This document shows positions 1 through 10,580 of a stretch of DNA of 64,000 nt, in pieces; the stretch's first letter is position 1; the number at the start of each line of letters is the position of its first letter. Source of the DNA: an uncultured Sutterella sp. (GTDB lineage Bacteria > Pseudomonadota > Gammaproteobacteria > Burkholderiales > Burkholderiaceae_F); NCBI GenBank assembly GCA_905213905.1, contig CAJMKD010000007.1, positions 4,388-68,387 of the forward strand. Direction: 5' to 3'. The translations under genes were made by a program, and so were the position numbers. Under the pieces are notes generated by a model. That model searched no databases. It saw only the letters and a list, made by a program, of their open reading frames with translations, and had not been told where the DNA came from.

Positions 1-244
1 TCTTTCCGCGAAGCAACGCGGCATTCGAAGAAATGCGCTTTCCGCGCGGCTTCGGTGCCGCGTTTTCTATTGCGGCGTGCAGCTGGGAGCCTGCCGCGAG
101 ACGCCGCAGTCGCCGCATTCGCCTCCCTTCAGACGCCTGCGGCAGGAGAGGCCGCCGTTCGTTGCTAGAATCCAAGCAGCGACGTGCGGCTTTTGACTGC
201 CGGCGCCAGACGCACAACTTTATTTTTTCAATAAGGGTCCATTC

Positions 245-841
245 ATGTTTGACTTCAAGACCGCTGCTCTTTGCGCCGCGCTCGGACTCGCGCTTGCCGC
301 GCCCGCCGCGTGGGCGGCGCCCGCCGGCGCCGCTACTGCTTCCGCCCAGCGAGGCGTCGTTGAAAAGGTCGAGCCCGCTCTAGGCGCGCCGCTCAAGATC
401 GGCGTCGTCAACATGGAACGCATCCTTCGCGAAGCGAAGCTCGCCATTCAGGCGAGCGACCGTCTCAACGCCGAAGGACAGCGCCGGCAGGAGGAGATCG
501 AGGCGCTTTCGCGCCGCTTCAAGTCCCGTCTTGAGCGCTTTGAGAAAAACGCGGCCGACATGGACGAGTCTTCGCGCGTGCAGGAGCGTCGTGCGCTTGC
601 CGAAATGGAGCGCGACGTCACCCGCCGCACGCGTGAGGCGCGCGAGGAATTCAATCAGCGCCGCAACGAAGAAGTGCTCCTTTTGCAGAGCCGCGCGGCG
701 CGCATCGTGCAGGACATCGCGAAAAAGGACCGGTTCGACCTTGTTCTTTACGAGTATTTCTACGCGAGCGATCGCGTTGACCTCACAAAGCGCGTGATCG
801 AGGAGCTCGATCGCGGCGTGAAGGATGCGCCCAAGAAGTAG
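245..841 (+). CDS. skp: Periplasmic chaperone Skp (OmpH family)
   Basis: 198 aa with N-terminal signal peptide (AAPAAWAAP), coiled-coil K/E/R-rich body; sits immediately upstream of lpxD-fabZ as in the conserved bamA-skp-lpxD-fabZ-lpxA-lpxB cluster. Confidence 0.75.
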   Translation: MFDFKTAALCAALGLALAAPAAWAAPAGAATASAQRGVVEKVEPALGAPLKIGVVNMERILREAKLAIQASDRLNAEGQRRQEEIEALSRRFKSRLERFEKNAADMDESSRVQERRALAEMERDVTRRTREAREEFNQRRNEEVLLLQSRAARIVQDIAKKDRFDLVLYEYFYASDRVDLTKRVIEELDRGVKDAPKK

Positions 842-922
842 TCTGCGCAGGCCGCATCCTTTCAGGGCGGCGCTGATGCAGATGCCTGTCCGCACCGAAT
901 TCAAAATTTTCGAGAGTTAAGA

Positions 923-2017
923 ATGTCTGAAAACCGCTTCGCCATTGCCGAGCTCGCGGCGCTTGTCGCCGAGCGTTCGAAAAATCGTCTTGCCATGCGC
1001 ATTGAGGGCGACGCCTCGGTCGAGGTCTGCCGCTTCATGCCCCCGCAGCATGCGGGCGAGGGCGACATGAGCTTTCTGTCGGACCTCGCATATGCAGAAG
1101 CCATGAAGGCGAGCGCCGCATCGGTGCTCGTGATGCGCGAAAAGGACGTGCGCGCCGTTTTCGGCGATGAATTGCCCGAACGCACGATTCTCATCTGCGA
1201 CAATCCCTACGCATTCTTTGCCTTTGCTTCGCAGATCTTCTATCCCGTTGCTCGAAAGGGCGGCATTCACCCGATGGCATACGTCGAAGAGGGCGCCGAA
1301 GTGGATCCGAGCGCGACAGTCGATGTTTTCGCCGTCGTTCGCAAGGGCGCAAAGATCGGTGCGAACGTGCTTGTGTCTGCGGGCGTTTATGTGGGTGAAA
1401 ACGCCGTTGTCGGCAAGGATACGGTCATCTACCCCAACGCTGTTCTTTACCACGATACGGTTGTGGGCGAAGGCTGCTGCATTCAGTCGGGCGCCGTTCT
1501 CGGCGGAGACGGCTTCGGCTTTGCGCCCTTCTTGGGCGAGTGGGTGAAGATTCCGCAGCGCGGCCGCACGGTGATCGGCAACGATGTTGAGGTGGGCGCC
1601 AACACCACGATCGACCGCGGCGCCATCGACGACACGACGGTGGGCGACGGCACGAAGATCGACAACCAGATTCAGCTCGGCCACAACGACCGCATCGGCA
1701 AGCACTGCGTCATGGCGTCGTGCGTCGGGATCGCCGGTTCGACGACCGTGGGCGACCACGTGATGATCGGGGGCGCCGCGATGATCAACGGCCACATCAC
1801 GATTCCCTCGGGCTCGGCCATCGGGCCGGCGACTGCAATCACGGGCTGGGGCAAGGAGCCGCAGCAGCTCGCAGGCTTCTTCCCGGCGCTCGGCATGCGC
1901 GAATTCAAGCTCGCGGCGGCTATTACGTCGCGCCTTCCTGAAATGCGAAAGGAACTGAAATCGCTCCAAAAGGAGGTCGAGACGTTGAAGGCGCTAATCC
2001 GAAAGGAAGAAGCGTAG
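923..2017 (+). CDS. lpxD: UDP-3-O-(3-hydroxyacyl)glucosamine N-acyltransferase
   Basis: 364 aa; left-handed beta-helix hexapeptide repeats ([31 protein letters not shown]...), C-terminal coiled coil; position between skp and fabZ. Confidence 0.9.
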   Translation: MSENRFAIAELAALVAERSKNRLAMRIEGDASVEVCRFMPPQHAGEGDMSFLSDLAYAEAMKASAASVLVMREKDVRAVFGDELPERTILICDNPYAFFAFASQIFYPVARKGGIHPMAYVEEGAEVDPSATVDVFAVVRKGAKIGANVLVSAGVYVGENAVVGKDTVIYPNAVLYHDTVVGEGCCIQSGAVLGGDGFGFAPFLGEWVKIPQRGRTVIGNDVEVGANTTIDRGAIDDTTVGDGTKIDNQIQLGHNDRIGKHCVMASCVGIAGSTTVGDHVMIGGAAMINGHITIPSGSAIGPATAITGWGKEPQQLAGFFPALGMREFKLAAAITSRLPEMRKELKSLQKEVETLKALIRKEEA

Positions 2018-2180
2018 AAGCTTCAAACGCGCGAAAATCAATAACTTGAAGCGGTCTCGGGCGTGCATGCGCCCGATCGGGCCGCGGCGAAGCGCGCTAC
2101 CGCGCCGCTCCTGAGGCGCGGACCCCAGCGCAAAGCCAACAGAATCTTCATTATTTTTTGCCGGAACTCCCAAAAAGCAA

Positions 2181-2651
2181 ATGCCCAAGAGCCTTAACAT
2201 CGAAGAGATCATGGAACAGCTGCCGCATCGGTATCCGTTCCTTTTGATCGACCGCGTCCTCGAACTTTCCGACGACCTGACCCGCGTCGTCGCCATCAAG
2301 AACGTGACGATGAACGAACCGCAGTTCACGGGTCATTTCCCGCAGGTGCCGGTGATGCCGGGCGTTCTGATCGTGGAAGCGATGGCTCAGGCCTGCGCGA
2401 TCATCGCGCTGGCGCGGCTCCCGGAAGACGTGGACCGCAAGAAGTGCCTTTACTACTTCGCCGGCATCGACAAGGCCCGCTTCAAGCGCGTTGTGCAGCC
2501 TGGGGATCAGCTTGTGATCGAAGGCCAGTTCCTGCGCTCCAAGATGGGCCTCGGCGTATTCGAAGCCGTGGCGAAGGTCGACGGCAAGGTGGCCGCGCAG
2601 GCGACCATGATGTGCGCTTATCGGCCGGCCCCTGGCGCCGCAGGGAAGTAA
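2181..2651 (+). CDS. fabZ: 3-hydroxyacyl-ACP dehydratase FabZ
   Basis: 156 aa; hot-dog fold motifs [21 protein letters not shown]; conserved position after lpxD. Confidence 0.92.
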   Translation: MPKSLNIEEIMEQLPHRYPFLLIDRVLELSDDLTRVVAIKNVTMNEPQFTGHFPQVPVMPGVLIVEAMAQACAIIALARLPEDVDRKKCLYYFAGIDKARFKRVVQPGDQLVIEGQFLRSKMGLGVFEAVAKVDGKVAAQATMMCAYRPAPGAAGK

Positions 2652-2765
2652 CGCCGCGACGCCTTCCCTGAGGTGAAGCGTCCTTGCGGCGCAGCAGAAA
2701 AGTCCCCGAACCGGCATGCCGGAACGGGGATTTTCTTTATGTCCGCCGAGCCGTGAGCGGCTGCG

Positions 2766-3233
2766 TTATTCGACGACGTAGGTTGCGGTGAGCTTGGCCT
2801 TCCCAATGGCTTTTGCGTTCAGCATGAAGCCTGCGGTCGGGCAATTGGCGTCTGCAGCAAGGCCGAGCTTTTCCTCCGGCAGCGCCCAGACGGTGAAAAC
2901 ATAGCGGTGCATGCCGTCGCCCGCGGGCGGCGCCGCGCCGCCGAAAGCGGCTTCGCCGTAGTCGTTGCGAAGCATCACGGCGCCGAGCTCGGAGAGCGAT
3001 TCGGGCGAAACGCCTTCGGGAAGCGACGAAACGCTGCACGGAATGTCAAGAACGCACCAGTGCCACCAGCCCGATCCGGTCGGCGCATCTGGATCAAAGC
3101 AGGTGACGGCAAAGCTTTTCGTGCCCGCCGGCGCATCGCGCCAAAGGAGCGCAGGCGAGAGGTTGCCGCCCGCATAGCTTTGTGCGGCCGGCATGCGCGA
3201 GCCTTCCTCAATCGTGGTGCTCAGAAGCTTCAT
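2766..3233 (-). CDS. YbhB/YbcL family (PEBP / Raf-kinase-inhibitor-like) protein
   Basis: 155 aa; PEBP-like motifs (DPDAPTGSGWWHWCVLDIP, C-terminal TATYVVE); part of the insertion between fabZ and lpxA. Confidence 0.7.
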   Translation of the reverse strand: MKLLSTTIEEGSRMPAAQSYAGGNLSPALLWRDAPAGTKSFAVTCFDPDAPTGSGWWHWCVLDIPCSVSSLPEGVSPESLSELGAVMLRNDYGEAAFGGAAPPAGDGMHRYVFTVWALPEEKLGLAADANCPTAGFMLNAKAIGKAKLTATYVVE

Positions 3234-3397
3234 GTGAGGATTTCCTTTCCGATGGAATGAACAAGAAACAGATTTTCAAAAGAACGGCCTGGGCCGTGAA
3301 GTTGAAGAAATTCTATCGGAAGCTCGCTTTCGATTGAGTCTGCTGAGGGCTTGAAATGTTGCGAAGGCTCTTTTCGCTTTCGGCGAAGGCACGCGGC

Positions 3398-4345
3398 TTA
3401 GCTGCCGCCGAGGCCTAGAGCGCCTGGAATGACGGGCGTGAAAGGCGAGCGGGCAGCTTCCTGAAGGTGCGAGAGGAGCTTCCTCGCAGCGTCTGTGAGC
3501 CGGCTCTCGTCGGCAGGCACTGCGATGCGCAGCGTGCGGCGCGCCCAGTCGTCTTCGAGCCGCACGAGCGCGAGCGACGGGTCGCGGTCGAAGAAGGTCT
3601 CGTAGGTTGAGGCCGTTGCGAAGCCGATGCCCACGCCCGCACGAACATACCGAGCCATGATGCCGATGCTTGGCACGCGGATGCGCGGCACGATCGGGCG
3701 GCTGAGCTCAACGGCCTTCTCAAGCATGTAGGCCTGCATGACGGAATCGTTTGAAAGCGCAACAAAATCCTCTTCGAGCGCGTCCTGAAAATTGCAGCGG
3801 CCTGCCGCGGCAAGCGGATGCGCTTTGGCGGCAAAGAGCGCGAGCGTGTCTTCTCGATAGGGATGAAAGGCAAGGCCGCCGTAAAACTCCGTGTGTGCCG
3901 TGATGCCGATGTCGGCTTCGCCGAGCGCAATGGCTTCGGCCACGCCTCGGCTCGTGAGGAGCTTCTGCTCGATGCGGATTTCCGGGTGCGCCAGAAGGAA
4001 GCGGCTCAGATCGTCGGGCAGAAAAGCCACGGCTGCGTTGTAGTTTGCTGCGAGCCGCACAACGAGGCGCTCGTCGCCGCGAAAGACCGACATGGCTTCG
4101 GTCATGCTGGCGACCTGCCGAAAGACTTTCCGAGTTTCCGCAGCAAGCCGCTCGCCAGCGAGCGTGAGCGCAAGCCCGCGCGGCAGGCGCGTCACAAGCT
4201 CGCAGCCCGCTTCTGCTTCCAGGTGCTTGAGCCGAACGCTCGCTGCCGATGGCGTAATGCAGCACTGCGCAGCCGCACGCGTAAGGTTGCCCGTGTCGGC
4301 AATGGCAAGAAAGACGCGGAGGTCCGTAAAGTTGATATGTTTCAT
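3398..4345 (-). CDS. LysR-family transcriptional regulator
   Basis: Start moved to the internal Met (MKHINFTDLRVFLAIADTGNLTRAAAQ...), which begins a canonical LysR wHTH; the upstream part of the ORF is a low-complexity in-frame read-through. Divergent from the flavocytochrome gene. Confidence 0.8.
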   Translation of the reverse strand: MKHINFTDLRVFLAIADTGNLTRAAAQCCITPSAASVRLKHLEAEAGCELVTRLPRGLALTLAGERLAAETRKVFRQVASMTEAMSVFRGDERLVVRLAANYNAAVAFLPDDLSRFLLAHPEIRIEQKLLTSRGVAEAIALGEADIGITAHTEFYGGLAFHPYREDTLALFAAKAHPLAAAGRCNFQDALEEDFVALSNDSVMQAYMLEKAVELSRPIVPRIRVPSIGIMARYVRAGVGIGFATASTYETFFDRDPSLALVRLEDDWARRTLRIAVPADESRLTDAARKLLSHLQEAARSPFTPVIPGALGLGGS

Positions 4346-4714
4346 CGGGAATCGGATATTCGCTGCGGAATGCTGGAAGAGGCTTGATAAGCAAAGAAAA
4401 GCAACCCGACCGTTCGCGGAATGCGAACGATTGGTTAGCGAAATAGAAATTTTAAATGGAGGCGGGGCTCCATAAACTTGTGGACTGAAGTAAAGCTCGC
4501 TCGAGCGCTTTGTTCGGATCAATCGAACAGGTGGCGCATCGAGAGAAAAAGCCTCAGGCGGCCCCAATTCAGGCGGCACGCGGGCAAAAGAAAAGGAGCG
4601 CTTCGTCGCCGGAATTTTTGCCGGAACCTCGGCCCCCAAAGCGGCTGGACGCATGGGGCCGGGCGCGTTTTAGGGAGAAAGGCCGAGCGGCAGACCTCGG
4701 AAGGAGAGAAAAAT

Positions 4715-6499
4715 ATGATGCTTCGTCAATCCGCAACGGCCGCGATCCTTGCGGCGCTATTCGCTTCCTTTTCAGCTCAGGCGGCAGAGAAGGACTTCAA
4801 TGCCCAGCTTGCGGGCGCACACATGAAGAAGGGCTTTGACTGCGCGACCTGCCATGTCGACGGCATGAAAGTGAGCGACTCGGAAAAAGAAATCAACAAG
4901 CAGTGCGTGAGCTGCCACGGCGGGCTTGAAAAGCTTGCTGACCCGAAAAAGACACCCGATCCGCATGCGAGCCACATCGGCACGATCCAGTGCACGGCTT
5001 GCCATGCCGGGCATGTCGAGTCGCAGTCTTACTGCCTCAGCTGCCACGACTTCCCGGCGATGAAGATTCCCTTCGGCAGCGCCAAGCCGCTCGAGTGGAA
5101 GTGGAAGGATCTCGCGTCCTACAAGGATGCGGCGCCTGTGCGAACCGAAGAAGCTGACCTCGTTGTTGTGGGTTCGGGCGCAGCGGGCTTCGTCGCAGCG
5201 ATGGAGGCGCACGAAAAGGGCGTTCGCAACATCGTCATTCTTGAAAAGATGCCGATTCCGGGCGGCAACTCGCAGTTTGCCGCGGGCGGCATGAACGCAG
5301 CGGGCTCCGTCTATCAGAAGGCCAAGGGCATCGAGGATTCGGCCGAGCTGATGGCCGCCGACACAATGAAGGGCGGCAAGAACACGAGCAACCCCGAGCT
5401 CGTGGAAATCTTTGCGAGAAACTCTGCCGAATCGATTGCCTGGCTCAAGGCGCGCGGCGCAGAACTTGAAAACGTGGCTGCGGGCGGCGGCGCCTCAGCG
5501 CCCCGCATGCACGGTCCGAAGGGCGGCAAGGCGGTCGGGCCCTATCTGTCGGCGTTCTTCCGCGATCAGGCCGAAAAGATGGAAGGCGTTGACCTGCGCC
5601 TCAACAGCCGCCTGGTGCGCCTCATGACGGACAAGACGGGCGCAGTGACCGGCGTGCTCGTGGAAGGCAAGCACAACGGCATCTACGAGATCAAGGCCAA
5701 GGCGGTCGTGCTCGCCACGGGCGGCCTCGGCGCCAACAAGTCGCTCGTCAAGAAGTATCTGCCGAATCTGGATCCGGCCACGAAGACTTCGAACCAGCCG
5801 GGCACGACGGGCGACGGCATGTACCTCGGCGAACAGATCGGCGCGGCGCTCGTCGACATGAAGGAAATTCAGCTCAATCCGACGCTCCTTGTCGGGTCGC
5901 CCGTCATTATTTCGGAGACGGTGCGCGGGCAAGGCGCAGTTTTCGTCAACCGCGAAGGCAAGCGCTTCATTTCCGAGATGACCACGCGCGACGTCACGAG
6001 CGCGGCCGTCTCTGCGCAGACGGGCGGCACCGCCTTTGAAATTTTTGACGACGGCACGGTGAGCCGCGTCGCGCAGCTCAAGGCCTGCTTCAAGCTCGGA
6101 CTTGTGAAGGAAGGCAATACGCTCGAAGAGCTCGCGAAGAACGCCGGCATCGATCCGAAGGCGCTCGTCGAAACGATCTGCGTCTACAACGGCTACGTGG
6201 ATGCCGGGAAGGATCCCGACTTCAATCGTCCGAAGCCCCCCTTCAAGATCGAAGGCCCGAAGTTCTATGCGATTGAAATCACGCCTGCCATTCACTACGC
6301 CATGGGCGGCCTGAAGTTCAACGCAAAGACCCAGGTGATCAACACGGAAGGCAAGCCCATTGAAGGCCTCTTCGCAGCCGGCGAAACGACGGGCGGCCTG
6401 CACGGCAAGAACCGTCTCGGCGGCAACTCCGTCTCCGAAACGATCACGTTCGACCGCATTGCAGGCGAGGAAGCCGCCAAGCGCGTGCTTGGCGAATAA
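4715..6499 (+). CDS. Periplasmic flavocytochrome c: tetraheme cytochrome c domain fused to FAD-dependent fumarate-reductase-family flavoprotein
   Basis: Start at ATG 4715 with RBS AAGGAGAG; signal peptide MMLRQSATAAILAALFASFSAQA; four CxxCH motifs (CATCH, CVSCH, CTACH, CLSCH) followed by Rossmann FAD motif VVVGSGAAGFVAAMEA and a fumarate reductase/succinate dehydrogenase flavoprotein-like C-terminus. Confidence 0.85.
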   Translation: MMLRQSATAAILAALFASFSAQAAEKDFNAQLAGAHMKKGFDCATCHVDGMKVSDSEKEINKQCVSCHGGLEKLADPKKTPDPHASHIGTIQCTACHAGHVESQSYCLSCHDFPAMKIPFGSAKPLEWKWKDLASYKDAAPVRTEEADLVVVGSGAAGFVAAMEAHEKGVRNIVILEKMPIPGGNSQFAAGGMNAAGSVYQKAKGIEDSAELMAADTMKGGKNTSNPELVEIFARNSAESIAWLKARGAELENVAAGGGASAPRMHGPKGGKAVGPYLSAFFRDQAEKMEGVDLRLNSRLVRLMTDKTGAVTGVLVEGKHNGIYEIKAKAVVLATGGLGANKSLVKKYLPNLDPATKTSNQPGTTGDGMYLGEQIGAALVDMKEIQLNPTLLVGSPVIISETVRGQGAVFVNREGKRFISEMTTRDVTSAAVSAQTGGTAFEIFDDGTVSRVAQLKACFKLGLVKEGNTLEELAKNAGIDPKALVETICVYNGYVDAGKDPDFNRPKPPFKIEGPKFYAIEITPAIHYAMGGLKFNAKTQVINTEGKPIEGLFAAGETTGGLHGKNRLGGNSVSETITFDRIAGEEAAKRVLGE

Positions 6500-6646
6500 C
6501 CGGCTGCGTTCGTCCGGTTCCGCACGGGGCATCGCCCTGATGCGGCGCCCGACGGCGCCGGCGTGAAAACCGGTGATTTTTTAGAGCCGCTTCTTCCGAA
6601 AGGAAGAAGCGGTTTCCGTCTGCGCGGCGCGCACACGTCAAAATTA

Positions 6647-6674
6647 TTCAAAAAGGCGCTTCGCTCCGTATAAT
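6647..6674 (+). promoter_or_regulatory. Candidate sigma70 promoter for lpxA-lpxB-rnhB-trmH (TTCAAA-N16-TATAAT)
   Basis: TTCAAA at 6647-6652 and perfect TATAAT at 6669-6674, about 140 nt upstream of the lpxA start, downstream of a hairpin terminator for the flavocytochrome gene. Confidence 0.4.
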
Positions 6675-6814
6675 CAAAGGTTGATCGGCGGCTGAGGCTA
6701 ATACCTTCGACTGAAGTGCCAAGCGTTCAGCGCGCCCCTCCAGCACAACAGGAGGCTCGGTCCTGCGCTCTCGGGCGCGGTTGAAGCGGCCTCAACCAAG
6801 GAACAGCTATCGGC

Positions 6815-7582
6815 ATGGCACAAATTCACCCGAGCGCGGTCGTCGACCCGCATGCTGAACTTGCCGACGACGTCGTCGTCGGTCCCTTCTGCCTCATCGG
6901 CCCCCGGGTTCGAATCGGCGCAGGCACGGTTCTGAGGAGCCACGTCGTCGTCGACGGCACCACGGAGATCGGCTGTCGAAACCTCGTTTACGCGGGCGCG
7001 AGCATCGGCTGCGCGCCGCAGGACAAGAAATACGCCGGCGAAGACACGCGCCTTGTCGTGGGCGACGACAACGTCATCCGCGAAAACTGCACGCTTTCGA
7101 TCGGCACCGTGCAGGACCACGGCATTACGACTGTCGGAAGCCGCAATCTCTTGATGGCCAACGCGCACGTCGCGCACGACTGCGTGGTTGGCAACGACAC
7201 CATCCTGGCCAACAACGTGGCCCTGGGCGGCCATGTTCACGTCGATGATCACGCCATCATCGGCGGCCAGACTGGTGTTCATCAGTTCGTCAGGATTGGC
7301 GCTTCGGGCGTGCTGCAGGACGTGCCGCCCTACCTCATCTGCCATCTGAATCCCTGCACGCCCGCTGGCCTCAACATTGTGGGGCTTCGCCGCGCGGGCT
7401 TCACGGACGAGCAGGTGAGGGCGCTTCGCCGCGCCTACGGGGCTTTCTACCGTGAGAATCTCACAGCGAAGGCCGCGTGCGAGAAGATCGAAGCGATGCA
7501 GGCGGAATTCCCGGGCGCCGCGAATGAGCTCGCGCGCTTTGTCGAATTCATCCGCGCCTCGACCCGCGGCGTCATCCGCTGA
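6815..7582 (+). CDS. lpxA: Acyl-ACP--UDP-N-acetylglucosamine O-acyltransferase
   Basis: 255 aa; hexapeptide-repeat beta-helix (MAQIHPSAVVDPHAELADDVVVGPFCLIGPRVRIGAGTVL) and LpxA-specific C-terminal helical domain. Confidence 0.92.
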   Translation: MAQIHPSAVVDPHAELADDVVVGPFCLIGPRVRIGAGTVLRSHVVVDGTTEIGCRNLVYAGASIGCAPQDKKYAGEDTRLVVGDDNVIRENCTLSIGTVQDHGITTVGSRNLLMANAHVAHDCVVGNDTILANNVALGGHVHVDDHAIIGGQTGVHQFVRIGASGVLQDVPPYLICHLNPCTPAGLNIVGLRRAGFTDEQVRALRRAYGAFYRENLTAKAACEKIEAMQAEFPGAANELARFVEFIRASTRGVIR

Positions 7583-7710
7583 GCACTGCTAATTTATGAC
7601 TGTTCGGTCCGGCCTAGTGGCTTCGGCCGGCCGAAAAAGCCGAGCCGCATCCGCCAAGGCGGACTGGCTCGCACGACCCCAAAGAACAACGACGCTAACC
7701 TGGAGAGCCC

Positions 7711-8901
7711 ATGGGTACCCATCAACCGATTGCAACCCCGGAAAAGAACGGCGCAGTATGGCTTGCCGGCGAAGCGAGCGGCGACTTCATCGCCTCGCTC
7801 GTCCTGCCCGAAGTCGAACGCCGCATGAACGGCGCTCCGCAGTACGGCGTCGGCGGCCCGCGCATGCGCGAAGCGGGCTTTCATGCCTGGCACGACATCC
7901 GCGAACTGTCGGTGCGCGGCTACGTCGAGGTGCTCTCGCATCTGCCGCGGCTGCTGCGCCTGCGCAGCCAGCTCGTGCAGTCCTTTGCCGCTTCCAATCC
8001 CCGCGTCTTCGTGGGCGTGGACGCCCCGGACTTCAACCTCGACATTGAAGCGAAGCTGCGCCGCCGCGGCGTGCCCGTCGTGCACTTCGTGAGCCCGGCG
8101 ATCTGGGCTTGGCGCCCCGAGCGCATCCACAAGATCCGCGCCGCGGTCGACCACATGCTCCTCGTCTTCCCCTTCGAGCAGGAAATCTATAAGCGCGCCG
8201 GCATTCCGGCGACCTATGTCGGCCATCCGCTTGCTTCGGTCATTCCGATGACGCCGGACACGGCCGGCGCCCGCGCCGATTTTGGGCTCAATGAGGATTC
8301 GCTGCCGGTCGTCACGGTGCTTCCGGGCTCGCGCATCGATGAAGTGAAGGGCTGTGCGCCCGCCTTCTTCGGCGCAGTGGAAAAGCTCCTGCACCGCTAC
8401 GGCGACATGCATGTGCTCATTCCCGCTGCGGACGAGCGCGCTCGTGAAAACATCATCTTCCTCGCGGGCCAGTACGCCCGCCTTGCGCAGCGCATGATCG
8501 TGCGCGTCGGCACGAGCCACCGCATGCTCGAAGCGGCCGACGCGGTGCTCGTCGCTTCGGGCACGGCCGCGCTCGAAGCGGCGCTCTACAAGAAGCCGAT
8601 GGTGGTGGGCTACAAGATGCCGGCGCTCACCGGCATGATCATGCAGAAGAAGGGCCTCATCCGCCACGTGTCGCTGCCCAACATCCTGCTTGGCGAAAAC
8701 GTCGTGCCGGAGTTTCTGCAGTATTTCTGCGAGGCCGATCAGATCTCGTACGCGCTCGAAGATGCGCTCTCGAACGACGCCAAGCGCGCGAATCTGGTTG
8801 AGCGCTTCACGATGCTGCATGAAAGCCTGCGCGCCGACACCGCGAATCTCGCGGCCGAAGCGATCACGGCGATTGCCGCCCGCAAGCCCGCGGGCCTCTG
8901 A
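7711..8901 (+). CDS. lpxB: Lipid-A-disaccharide synthase
   Basis: 396 aa; GT-B glycosyltransferase, conserved N-terminus (VWLAGEASGD...YGVGGPRM); conserved position after lpxA. Confidence 0.88.
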   Translation: MGTHQPIATPEKNGAVWLAGEASGDFIASLVLPEVERRMNGAPQYGVGGPRMREAGFHAWHDIRELSVRGYVEVLSHLPRLLRLRSQLVQSFAASNPRVFVGVDAPDFNLDIEAKLRRRGVPVVHFVSPAIWAWRPERIHKIRAAVDHMLLVFPFEQEIYKRAGIPATYVGHPLASVIPMTPDTAGARADFGLNEDSLPVVTVLPGSRIDEVKGCAPAFFGAVEKLLHRYGDMHVLIPAADERARENIIFLAGQYARLAQRMIVRVGTSHRMLEAADAVLVASGTAALEAALYKKPMVVGYKMPALTGMIMQKKGLIRHVSLPNILLGENVVPEFLQYFCEADQISYALEDALSNDAKRANLVERFTMLHESLRADTANLAAEAITAIAARKPAGL

Positions 8902-8991
8902 GCCCCTGAAGCCGGCAGGCTTTGAAGAAAGCCTGCCCATGCTGCGCCTCGCCGTCCCGCGGAACGGACTGCGAGGCGCTTCTGATTTTGG

Positions 8992-9663
8992 ATGACTGGA
9001 TTCATGGTGACGAAGACCGAACAGGCGCCTTCGGGCGATCTCTTTGCCGAGACGGGTTTTTGGCCCGATGCCGAGATCATTGCAGGGGTCGATGAGGCCG
9101 GCCGCGGTCCGCTCGCGGGGCCCGTTTGCGCTGCAGCGGTGGTGCTCGATCCCGAGCAGCCGATCGCGGGGCTCGCTGACTCAAAGAAGCTTTCTGCGAA
9201 AAAGCGCGAAGCGCTCGAGCCCGTCATCAAGGCGAAGGCGCGCGCCTGGGCGGTTGCCTGGGGGAGCGTGGCGGAAATTGACGAGATCAATATCCTGCAG
9301 GCGACGCTTCTAGCCATGCGCCGCGCCGTCGAGGGGCTCGGCGTCAAGCCGGACCTTGTTCTTGTCGACGGCAACCGCGCCCCGCACCTGAACGTCCCTG
9401 TCGAAACGATCGTCAAGGGCGACGCAAAGGTGCCCGCCATTTCGGCGGCTTCGATACTTGCCAAGACGGCGCGCGACCGTCTGATGAAGGAAGCTGCTGA
9501 AAAATATCCGGGCTACGGGTTTGAGGTTCATGCGGGCTACGGCACCAAGCGCCACCTCGAAGCCATTGCGGCGCTCGGGATCACGCCCATCCACCGCCGC
9601 TCCTTTGAGCCCATCAAGCACATGGCGGCTGCGGACGCTGAGAAGAAGGAAGCACACGAATGA
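8992..9663 (+). CDS. rnhB: Ribonuclease HII
   Basis: 223 aa; RNase HII motifs ([21 protein letters not shown]); conserved position after lpxB. Confidence 0.88.
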   Translation: MTGFMVTKTEQAPSGDLFAETGFWPDAEIIAGVDEAGRGPLAGPVCAAAVVLDPEQPIAGLADSKKLSAKKREALEPVIKAKARAWAVAWGSVAEIDEINILQATLLAMRRAVEGLGVKPDLVLVDGNRAPHLNVPVETIVKGDAKVPAISAASILAKTARDRLMKEAAEKYPGYGFEVHAGYGTKRHLEAIAALGITPIHRRSFEPIKHMAAADAEKKEAHE

Positions 9664-10493
9664 CGAGCGAAAACATTGTCGCCGTGGAAAGCGACGCCAA
9701 TCCCCGCTTCAAGCGCTGGAAGCGCCTTGCGCTCGAACCCCGCGCCGTGAAGCGCGAGCGCGCAACGCTCTTGGAAGGCCTTCATCTCCTTGGCGTTGTT
9801 CATGACGACCCCGAAGCGAAAGTTGAGGCGCTCATGATCTCCGAGGCGGCGAACGCCGAAGCGCGCGCGCTCGCTGAAGCGCTTGCCCAAAAGCGGGGGC
9901 TGCGCCTTTATCGGCTGGCGAAGCGCCTCTACGATCAGATTTCGCCAGTGGAAAACGGCGTCGGCTGCATGTGCGAGCTCGCGATCCCTGAGGCGCCAGA
10001 GGCCGCCCAATGGGCGGAGGACGACGTTCTTTATCTTGACGGCGTGCAGGATGCAGGGAACGTGGGCACGCTGATCCGCACTGCTGCTGCGGCCGGCTTT
10101 CCTACGATCGTCTGCAACATCGGCACGGCAAGCGTTTGGTCGCCCAAAGTGATGCGCGCCGGCATGGGCGCCCATTTTTCGGTTCGGATCGTTGAAAACT
10201 TCCCGCCCGAAAAGCTTCGTCAGTCGTATCGTGGCCGCATTTTTGCCGCAGATGCGCGCGGCGGCCGCGATCTTTTTGCTTCGCCCGACTATGCCGACGG
10301 TCCTTGCTGCTGGGTGATGGGTGCGGAAGGGCCGGGCGTTTCCGCCGCCGCGCTTGCCGTGACGGATGCGCGCTTTTACATTCCGATCGAGCCTGGCGTT
10401 GAGTCGCTCAATGTGGGGGCGGCGGCCGCTGTTTGTCTTTTTGATGCAAGAAGAAGGCGTCTTCAGAAGACGCGGCACGTTTTTGACCAATAG
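9660..10493 (+). CDS. SpoU/TrmH-family RNA 2'-O-methyltransferase
   Basis: 277 aa; SPOUT-class C-terminal motifs ([10 protein letters not shown]...[18 protein letters not shown]); 4-nt overlap with the rnhB stop. Confidence 0.75.
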   Translation: MTSENIVAVESDANPRFKRWKRLALEPRAVKRERATLLEGLHLLGVVHDDPEAKVEALMISEAANAEARALAEALAQKRGLRLYRLAKRLYDQISPVENGVGCMCELAIPEAPEAAQWAEDDVLYLDGVQDAGNVGTLIRTAAAAGFPTIVCNIGTASVWSPKVMRAGMGAHFSVRIVENFPPEKLRQSYRGRIFAADARGGRDLFASPDYADGPCCWVMGAEGPGVSAAALAVTDARFYIPIEPGVESLNVGAAAAVCLFDARRRRLQKTRHVFDQ

Positions 10494-10580
10494 AATTGCG
10501 CCTTCGGGATTGGCTGCGGCGGAAGCTTCTTTTGCTCTCGGCCTTTCCGAAGCAGCCTTTTTCTATTTGATGCCTTCATC

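Noticed and set aside
1-244. Possible 3' end of bamA upstream of skp
   Set aside because: The conserved cluster predicts bamA before skp, but no frame in the first 244 nt ends in a recognisable BamA C-terminal beta-strand/aromatic terminus; bamA presumably ends before the window or is elsewhere.
917-1969. 350-aa ORF on the minus strand fully overlapping lpxD; similar long antisense ORFs at 6698..7345, 7594..8940, 10563..11762, 23001..25187, 28684..30018, 39563..40747, 44959..47283, 50535..52493, 53176..55059, 55498..57000, 62376..63956
   Set aside because: All lie antisense to genes with strong family-level identity and have the R/A/G-rich, low-complexity composition expected from stop-codon-poor high-GC DNA; none has a recognisable domain.
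3398-4654. Full 418-aa LysR ORF as given in the track
   Set aside because: The canonical LysR HTH starts at the internal Met (4345); the upstream 103 codons are low-complexity read-through into the intergenic region shared with the divergent flavocytochrome gene.
6885-6900. GGTTCGAATC T-loop-like motif suggesting a tRNA
   Set aside because: It lies inside the lpxA hexapeptide-repeat coding region with no acceptor or anticodon stems around it; no tRNA, rRNA or CRISPR structures were found anywhere in the window.
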